A stretch of DNA of 55,368 nucleotides from a virus (taxonomy: Duplodnaviria; Caudoviricetes): IMG/VR virus record IMGVR_UViG_3300049489_000171, positions 1 to 55,368 of that record, one strand, 5' to 3'. Positions within the stretch are counted from its first letter, which is position 1, and the number at the start of each line of letters is the position of its first letter. Shown piece by piece: positions 7,736 to 13,647 of this stretch. Below the pieces are notes generated by a model. It made no database searches. It was not told the DNA's origin and worked only from the letters and a program-made list of their open reading frames with translations. Made by a program: the position numbers and the translations under genes.

Positions 7736-8170
7736 ATGTCTATTGAAGCATTGCTTGAGCGTATCGCTGTGGCCGCCGAAGCCACCCATGAACTGCTGCG
7801 TGTCTACGGCGTGCCCACGGGGCCCGCACCCGCCACGCAAGCAGCCCCTCCGGTCGAGCCGCGCAAGCGCGGTCGTCCGGCCAAGGTTGAGGCACTGGAG
7901 GCCCCGACGGCCCCGCCGGTTGACACCGGTATCGACTTCGGTGACGCGCCCAGCGAGGGGTCGTTCCTCGATGAAGATCCGGTGGACGCCCCCGCAGCCG
8001 TGGTCTACACCCGGGAAGACGTGCGCTCGGCACTGGTCGCGCTGCAGAAGAAGCACGGCAACCCGGAACTGGCGCGGAAAGTCCTGAAGGACGCCGGGGG
8101 TTGCGACACGTTGAAGTCGCTGGACGAGTCCAAGTTCACTGCGGTCGTCGAAGCGGCCGCCAAGGCGTAG
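7736..8170 (+). CDS. conserved phage protein of the type found upstream of DUF2800
   Basis: GGAGA RBS; Pro/Ala linker, KRGRP, C-terminal TREDVRSAL...LKSLDESKF. Confidence 0.75.
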   Translation: MSIEALLERIAVAAEATHELLRVYGVPTGPAPATQAAPPVEPRKRGRPAKVEALEAPTAPPVDTGIDFGDAPSEGSFLDEDPVDAPAAVVYTREDVRSALVALQKKHGNPELARKVLKDAGGCDTLKSLDESKFTAVVEAAAKA

Positions 8171-8176
8171 CCCCGC

Positions 8177-8209
8177 AAGCGACCCGTCTGGGAGGGCGGG
8201 TCGCTTTTT
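8177..8209 (+). terminator. intrinsic terminator
   Basis: GCGACCCGTC/GGCGGGTCGC stem followed by TTTTT. Confidence 0.75.
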
Positions 8210-8233
8210 CACTGCACTACCAGGAGAACAACG

Positions 8234-8818
8234 ATGCCTACCGGATATACGGCAGCAATTGCCAAAGGGATTGACTTCAAGACGTTCGCGCTGGATTGCG
8301 CTCGGGCGTTTGGGGCTTGCGTCCTGCTTCGCGATGAGCCGGGGGGCGGTGAGATCATCCCCGAGCAGTTTGATCCTTCTGACTACCACGCCAAGGCGCT
8401 GATCGCGGTAGAGGCGCGTCTTGCCGAACTGGAAGGTATGGGCCCCCTCGATCTGGCGCGCGAGGCCAAGGCGTACAACGCTGCAGCGGAAGCATCGTGG
8501 AGGCAGTCGGCCGCAAAGATCGCCGATCTTCGGCAGAAGTACGAAGCCATGCTGGCCAAAGTCGAGGCTTGGGTGCCGCCGACTCTAGACCATTACGGAT
8601 TGCGCGAGTTCATGCGCGAGCAGATACGCCAGAGCATCGACTTTGACTGCTATGATCTAGCCAAGCCGCGGCCGGTCTCTGGTGTAGAGTGGTTTGCCAG
8701 CGAATACGACAAGGCCCGCAGGGGCGTGCAGTACCACACGGCCGAAAACGCGAAAGAGGTTGCCCGTGCCAACCAGCGTACCGCGTGGGTTAAGGCCCTT
8801 CGGGAGTCGCTGACGTGA
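8234..8818 (+). CDS. conserved phage hypothetical protein
   Basis: AGGAGA RBS; MPTGYTA...FALDCARAFGA. Confidence 0.75.
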   Translation: MPTGYTAAIAKGIDFKTFALDCARAFGACVLLRDEPGGGEIIPEQFDPSDYHAKALIAVEARLAELEGMGPLDLAREAKAYNAAAEASWRQSAAKIADLRQKYEAMLAKVEAWVPPTLDHYGLREFMREQIRQSIDFDCYDLAKPRPVSGVEWFASEYDKARRGVQYHTAENAKEVARANQRTAWVKALRESLT

Positions 8819-9972
8819 CCGCCCACTCACCCCTCGGCCCGTCAAGCGCCGAACGCTGGCTCAATTGCCCCGGCTCTGTCGCCCTCACCGCGGGGGCGCC
8901 TGACACAGAGAGCAGCCATGCCAAAGAGGGCACGGTCGCCCACAACCTGACCGAAGGGCTGCGCCTGCACGGCACGTCGCCCGCTGTCGGCTCCATCATC
9001 GACGGTGTCGAGGTCACGCAAGAGATGCTCGACTGCGTCGAGGCGTTCGTTGAATACGTCAACGAAAGTCCCGGCGACCGGCTTGTCGAGGTCAGGGTTT
9101 GCTTTGACCGTTGGGTGCCGAACGGCTTCGGCACTCTCGACGACGCCCGGATGCAGCCAGGCAAGGCGGTGGTCACCGACTTCAAATACGGCAAGGGTGT
9201 GCAGGTCTTCGCCACGGACAACTCACAGTTGAAGCTCTACGCATTGGGCTTGCTGCAGGAGTGGGACTGGCTCTACGACTTCCAGAGTTTCACGCTCTGC
9301 GTACACCAGCCCCGGCTGGACCATATCGACACCTGGTCGATTGACCGCGCCTCGCTCCTTGCGTGGGCGGATTCGATCGTCCGCCCCGGAGCGGCAGCGA
9401 CTTGCGACCGCGACGCCGCAGTACGGGCAGGGTCGTGGTGTCAGTGGTGCCGGATCAAGACGACCTGCAGGGTACGCGCAGAAGCTGTTTTCCAAACCGT
9501 GGTGGGCGAGTTCGAGAGTATTGAGGACGCTGCAACCAAGACCGCTACGCCGCGTGCCTTGCTCACCAACGACGAAGTGGCCGCGGCCCTCACCGCCATC
9601 GGCAACGTCAAGAAGTGGTGCGCCGAGGTCGAGGCTTATGCGCTCGCCGAGATCGGGCATGGCCGCCGGGTCGGGGACTGGAAGCTGGTCGAAGGGCGCA
9701 GCAACCGCAAGTGGGGGCTGACGGAGCCTGAGCTGATCAAGGTGTGGAGCGATGCTGGGCTCAGCGTCACCGACCTTTACGAGAAGAAACTGAAGACCCC
9801 GCCTGCTGCGGAGAAGGTGGCAGGCAAGAAGCATGCTTTGTGGAAGAAGGCCGACTTGGTCGTGAAGCCGCAGGGCAAACCCACCTTGGCACCGGGCTCT
9901 GATCCGCGGCCTGTCATGGTGCTCGATCCAAATGCGGAGTTTGATGGCATAGGAGAAGATGACAATGGCTAA
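8815..9972 (+). CDS. DUF2800 family Cas4-like (PD-D/ExK) exonuclease
   Basis: HSPLGPSSAERWLNCPGS; FGTLD; DFKYGKG; QLKLYALG; CQWC; WKLVEGRSNRKW. Confidence 0.9.
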   Translation: MTAHSPLGPSSAERWLNCPGSVALTAGAPDTESSHAKEGTVAHNLTEGLRLHGTSPAVGSIIDGVEVTQEMLDCVEAFVEYVNESPGDRLVEVRVCFDRWVPNGFGTLDDARMQPGKAVVTDFKYGKGVQVFATDNSQLKLYALGLLQEWDWLYDFQSFTLCVHQPRLDHIDTWSIDRASLLAWADSIVRPGAAATCDRDAAVRAGSWCQWCRIKTTCRVRAEAVFQTVVGEFESIEDAATKTATPRALLTNDEVAAALTAIGNVKKWCAEVEAYALAEIGHGRRVGDWKLVEGRSNRKWGLTEPELIKVWSDAGLSVTDLYEKKLKTPPAAEKVAGKKHALWKKADLVVKPQGKPTLAPGSDPRPVMVLDPNAEFDGIGEDDNG

Positions 9973-10537
9973 ATCCATTACCAGTGACGTGATCAAGCTC
10001 AAGGACGTAAGGCTGTCGTTTGCCGATCTGTTCGTCGCCAAGGCGTTCTCGCCGGGGCTGAAGCCCACCTACCGGGCATCGTTCATCCTCGACCCGAGCA
10101 ACACGGCTCACGCTGCGACTATCGCGGAGATCAAGGCGGCAATGCAGAAGCTGGCGGGGGAAGCGTTCCCCGGCGAGAAGCTGGGCGCCGACCGGGTGTG
10201 CCTCAAGAACGGCAACACCAAGAGCTACGACGGGTGGAAGGACATGATCATCCTGACCGCGTCCAACACCAATCGCCCGGTGGTGGTCAACGGCAAGCGC
10301 GACCCGGTGGCTGAAGGGGATCGGGGTGCGCCCTACTCAGGGTGTTACGTCAACGCGACGGTAACCCTGTGGACGCAGAACAACTCGTTCGGCAAGCGCA
10401 TCAACTGCAACCTGCGCGCCGTGCAGTTTGTACGCGATGGCCAGGCGTTTGGCGTGGCTCCGGTGGACGCAGAGGCCGAGTTCGAGGCACTGGGCGACAC
10501 CGCTGACACTGGCGCTGGGGCCGACTTCGACATCTGA
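9965..10537 (+). CDS. DUF2815 family single-stranded DNA-binding protein
   Basis: VRLSFADLF; YSGCYVNA; LRAVQFVRDG; acidic C-terminal tail. Confidence 0.9.
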   Translation: MAKSITSDVIKLKDVRLSFADLFVAKAFSPGLKPTYRASFILDPSNTAHAATIAEIKAAMQKLAGEAFPGEKLGADRVCLKNGNTKSYDGWKDMIILTASNTNRPVVVNGKRDPVAEGDRGAPYSGCYVNATVTLWTQNNSFGKRINCNLRAVQFVRDGQAFGVAPVDAEAEFEALGDTADTGAGADFDI

Positions 10538-10543
10538 GGGTTT

Positions 10544-10571
10544 GGCGGGGCTACGGCCCCGCTTTCTTTTT
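10544..10571 (+). terminator. intrinsic terminator
   Basis: GCGGGG-CTACGG-CCCCGC followed by TTTCTTTTT. Confidence 0.7.
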
Positions 10572-10583
10572 CTGGAGAGCGAG

Positions 10584-10823
10584 ATGAAGCTGTATTTGCT
10601 GACGCAAGACGAGAGCAGAAACTACGACGCTTACGATTCGTGCGTCGTGGTCGCCCCGACTGCAGGCAAGGCGCGGAAGATTCGCCCGTCGCCGTACGGT
10701 GAGTGGGGCGATGACAGCACATGGGCCAAGTCCCCTGCGAACGTCACGGTCAAGTTCATCGGCACCGCAGCCAAAGGGCTCAAAGAAGGGCTGGTCGTTT
10801 GTTCGTCCTTCAACGCAGGGTAA
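10584..10823 (+). CDS. conserved phage hypothetical protein
   Basis: MKLYLL...YDAYDSCVVVA...CSSFNAG. Confidence 0.7.
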   Translation: MKLYLLTQDESRNYDAYDSCVVVAPTAGKARKIRPSPYGEWGDDSTWAKSPANVTVKFIGTAAKGLKEGLVVCSSFNAG

Positions 10824-10827
10824 GGGC

Positions 10828-11034
10828 ATGACCGAACCGCAACTGTACATCGTGCGATACCTGATTCCCTGCAAAGACGTGATCTTCGCCACCAGCCCTG
10901 CTGACGCGGTGAAGGGGATCAGTGCCGCGCGCAACATCCCTTACGGCTCAGTGATCCAAGGGGCGTACCCAGCCAGCGGCCCGCTTCCCGAGGCGTTTGG
11001 CGGGCCGCCCGAACCGCCCAAGGCGGCGGCATGA
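10828..11034 (+). CDS. hypothetical protein
   Basis: ORF fills the operon gap; ATGA overlap with the next gene. Confidence 0.55.
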   Translation: MTEPQLYIVRYLIPCKDVIFATSPADAVKGISAARNIPYGSVIQGAYPASGPLPEAFGGPPEPPKAAA

Positions 11035-11819
11035 TCACCGCCGAAGGCGCGGGCCGCGTGAGCGACGTTCTTCATGGAGACACCATCGCGGTCTGGTTCT
11101 CTTGCGGGGCTGCGTCTGCCGTTGCGGCTAAAAAGACCATCGAATACTACGGCGCACTGGCGACAATTCGAGTGGTCAACAACCCGGTCGCCGAGGAAGA
11201 CGAGGACAACCGGCGTTTCTTGAAAGATGTAGAGCGGTGGCTTGGCGTCACTGTAGAGACGGCGGTAAACAGCAAATACCCGATGGCGTCAGCGGTGGAG
11301 GTGTGGGGTGATCGGCGGTTCATGTCCGGGCCGACGGGCGCCCCCTGCACCATTGAATTGAAAAAGCGCGCCAGGCAGGAGTGGGAGGAGAGCAACCACG
11401 CGGACTGGCACGTCCTTGGATTCACGGCGGACGAGCGCGGCAGGTACGACCGCTTTCGGCTGACGGAGCGGGACAACGTCCTGCCCATACTGCTCGACGC
11501 TTTCATCTCCAAACAAGAATGCTTTCGCATCCTCAAGGCAGCAGGCATTGCGCTTCCCCGCGTCTACGCGCAGGGCTATCCGAACGCGAACTGTATCGGC
11601 TGTGTCAAGGCCACGAGCCCGACGTACTGGAACCACGTCAGACAGCAGCACCCCGACGTGTTCGCGCACCGCGCTGCGCAGTCACGCGACATTGGCGCCC
11701 GCTTGGTTCGGCACAAGGGCAAGCGCCTGTTCTTGGATGAGTTGCCGCCAGACGCCAAAGGGCGAAGCATGAAAAGCATGACTGTCGAGTGCGGTATCTT
11801 TTGCGAGGAAAGGTCATGA
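11031..11819 (+). CDS. PAPS reductase-like (PP-loop, Cys-cluster) protein
   Basis: VWFSCGAASAVA variant PP-loop; CTIELKK; NANCIGCVK; ECGIFC. Confidence 0.8.
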   Translation: MITAEGAGRVSDVLHGDTIAVWFSCGAASAVAAKKTIEYYGALATIRVVNNPVAEEDEDNRRFLKDVERWLGVTVETAVNSKYPMASAVEVWGDRRFMSGPTGAPCTIELKKRARQEWEESNHADWHVLGFTADERGRYDRFRLTERDNVLPILLDAFISKQECFRILKAAGIALPRVYAQGYPNANCIGCVKATSPTYWNHVRQQHPDVFAHRAAQSRDIGARLVRHKGKRLFLDELPPDAKGRSMKSMTVECGIFCEERS

Positions 11820-11998
11820 TCACCGCCCTTGGCGAGTTCGTCGAGATCCCAGCGGGCAACTGGTCGGCGTCGCTGTGTGTCGAGGACGGCGTGAACGCGA
11901 TCCTGCTGGTTGACGACGCGCAGGAACCTCTGCTGCTCAAAGCGTTGAACGGGCAGTTGTACATCAAGCTGCTGGAGCCGGCGGAGGGGGAGCAGTGA
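11816..11998 (+). CDS. hypothetical protein
   Basis: Coupled at both ends. Confidence 0.55.
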   Translation: MITALGEFVEIPAGNWSASLCVEDGVNAILLVDDAQEPLLLKALNGQLYIKLLEPAEGEQ

Positions 11999-13632
11999 GC
12001 GCGTACTACAACGAACACGATCCTGGCGCAGCCGCGTGGCTGCGTGAACTGATAAAGCAGGGCCACATCGCAGACGGCGTGGTCGATGAACGGAGTATCG
12101 AAGATGTCCTCCCAAGCGAACTGGCTGGATTTACCCAGTGCCACTTCTTCGCCGGTATCGGTGGCTGGAGCTACGCCCTTCGACTGGCTGGATGGCCCGA
12201 CGACAAGCCAGTCTGGACAGGCTCCTGCCCCTGTCAACCTTTCAGCGTCGCAGGCAAAGGAAAAGGGACTGCTGACGAGCGACACCTCTGGCCTGCCTTC
12301 GCCTGGCTCATCCGCCAGTGTCGCCCTTCAGTCGTCTTTGGCGAACAGGTTGCGAGTCGTGCTGGCCGGGGTTGGCTCGCCGGAGTACGCACTGACCTGG
12401 AAGCAATGGGATATGCAGTCGGGGCCGCCGATCTGTGCGCTGCGGGCGTCGGCGCACCGCATATCCGGCAGCGATTGTTTTGGGTGGGGAACGCCGACCG
12501 TGCAGGACGGAAAGCATTCAACACTCAGCCCATCGGAACTGAAACGGGATCCAGCGAACTTGCGACTGCGGGCTCATTCGGCTGGCGGCGCGTATCCTTC
12601 GCAGCCGACTGTCTCGGAGGTGACCCCGGAGAACTCGGTGACGAATGCTCAATCTGTGGACTCGACTACAGCAACGACTGCGAATGTCCAGGGCCAACGC
12701 AAGATGACGAATACGAATACACAGAACTCGACGGAATCCTTCTCGCTCGCAGGTTGGGTCACGCCATCGACGAGGGACTGGAAGGATACGCCGGGCATGG
12801 CGACGACGGGCACGAACCCGGATGGCTCGACACGGACCAGGATCGACCAGTTGCCGAGGCAGGCGGCGATAGCTGGTCAAACAGCGTCTGGATTCCCTGC
12901 GCAGACGGGAAATCGCGGCGCATTGTCGCCCGTCTTGCCTTGCTTCCTGATGGGATACCCCATACAATGGCTTCACTGCGTTCCACGCAAGGAGAAGTGA
13001 ATGCCGAGGCCACCGTTACCCGTCCCGACGAAGCACTGCAAATCCTGCGGCATGAAGATGGAGCGGAAGCGGTACGGAGCCGCGCTGGAAGATCGCCCGA
13101 CCTTCATGCGTCGGACGTTTTGCAACCGTGCGTGCATGGCAGCGTGGATGGAGGGACAGATCAAGGTTCCAACCCCAAAGAACAGCCGTCGCCAGTCGGC
13201 CAAGGAGAAAGCAGCGGCGTGCGCGAAGTGCGGATCAATGAAGCGGCTCCAAGTGCACCACAAAGACGAGAACCCGCTAAACAACGACCGCTCGAATTTG
13301 GAGACGTTGTGCGCTACTTGCCACATGCGTACTCACTGGCAATCTTGGAAGGAGACGACGCGACGGCCCAGGGTCTGCTCCGTGTGTATGAAGCCTGCCC
13401 GTCACTTGGGTCTGTGCAACACGCACTACAGTCGGTTCCGTCGCTACGGCGATCCGCTTGTGGTCAAGAGGTTCAACGGGCATGGGACGCCGGTCTTTTT
13501 GAAGGCTTCGGAATCATGGCCTGCAACCCGCTCACCAAAGCGTTCCCGTCTCGATCCGTCGCCCTGAAGGGGCTTGGCAATGCCATCGTCCCGCAAGTCG
13601 CGGCGGCGTTCATCGAAGCCTGCGGACTCTGA
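11995..13632 (+). CDS. C5 DNA cytosine methyltransferase (large subunit) with long insertions
   Basis: Motif I FFAGIGG; IV GSCPCQPFS; VI GEQV; VIII HIRQRLFWVG; X GNAIVPQVAAAF; no obvious motif IX in this frame. Confidence 0.9.
   Translation: MSAYYNEHDPGAAAWLRELIKQGHIADGVVDERSIEDVLPSELAGFTQCHFFAGIGGWSYALRLAGWPDDKPVWTGSCPCQPFSVAGKGKGTADERHLWPAFAWLIRQCRPSVVFGEQVASRAGRGWLAGVRTDLEAMGYAVGAADLCAAGVGAPHIRQRLFWVGNADRAGRKAFNTQPIGTETGSSELATAGSFGWRRVSFAADCLGGDPGELGDECSICGLDYSNDCECPGPTQDDEYEYTELDGILLARRLGHAIDEGLEGYAGHGDDGHEPGWLDTDQDRPVAEAGGDSWSNSVWIPCADGKSRRIVARLALLPDGIPHTMASLRSTQGEVNAEATVTRPDEALQILRHEDGAEAVRSRAGRSPDLHASDVLQPCVHGSVDGGTDQGSNPKEQPSPVGQGESSGVREVRINEAAPSAPQRREPAKQRPLEFGDVVRYLPHAYSLAILEGDDATAQGLLRVYEACPSLGSVQHALQSVPSLRRSACGQEVQRAWDAGLFEGFGIMACNPLTKAFPSRSVALKGLGNAIVPQVAAAFIEACGL
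12104..13000 (+). CDS. probable methyltransferase small subunit, nested in the +1 frame
   Basis: GGAG at 12092 upstream of ATG 12104; WxTP repeats; C-terminal GALSPVLPCFLMGYPIQW resembles motif IX. Confidence 0.65.
   Translation: MSSQANWLDLPSATSSPVSVAGATPFDWLDGPTTSQSGQAPAPVNLSASQAKEKGLLTSDTSGLPSPGSSASVALQSSLANRLRVVLAGVGSPEYALTWKQWDMQSGPPICALRASAHRISGSDCFGWGTPTVQDGKHSTLSPSELKRDPANLRLRAHSAGGAYPSQPTVSEVTPENSVTNAQSVDSTTATTANVQGQRKMTNTNTQNSTESFSLAGWVTPSTRDWKDTPGMATTGTNPDGSTRTRIDQLPRQAAIAGQTASGFPAQTGNRGALSPVLPCFLMGYPIQWLHCVPRKEK
13001..13567 (+). CDS. HNH endonuclease nested in the +1 frame of the methyltransferase gene
   Basis: AAGGAGA RBS; CAKCGS..LQVHHKDENPLNNDRSNLETLCATCH; extra Cys motifs CKSC, FCNRAC, CSVC..LCNTH. 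Confidence 0.88.
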   Translation: MPRPPLPVPTKHCKSCGMKMERKRYGAALEDRPTFMRRTFCNRACMAAWMEGQIKVPTPKNSRRQSAKEKAAACAKCGSMKRLQVHHKDENPLNNDRSNLETLCATCHMRTHWQSWKETTRRPRVCSVCMKPARHLGLCNTHYSRFRRYGDPLVVKRFNGHGTPVFLKASESWPATRSPKRSRLDPSP

Positions 13633-13647
13633 GGACTGGCTGGCGAT

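Noticed and set aside
8815-9972. Cas4 as part of a CRISPR system
   Set aside because: It is the stand-alone DUF2800 nuclease of the usual DUF2800-DUF2815-polymerase module
12961-13567. Intein or self-splicing intron around the methyltransferase HNH
   Set aside because: No Cys/Ser block A or His-Asn block G, and no intron core recognisable by eye; an Infernal search is needed to exclude an intron fully
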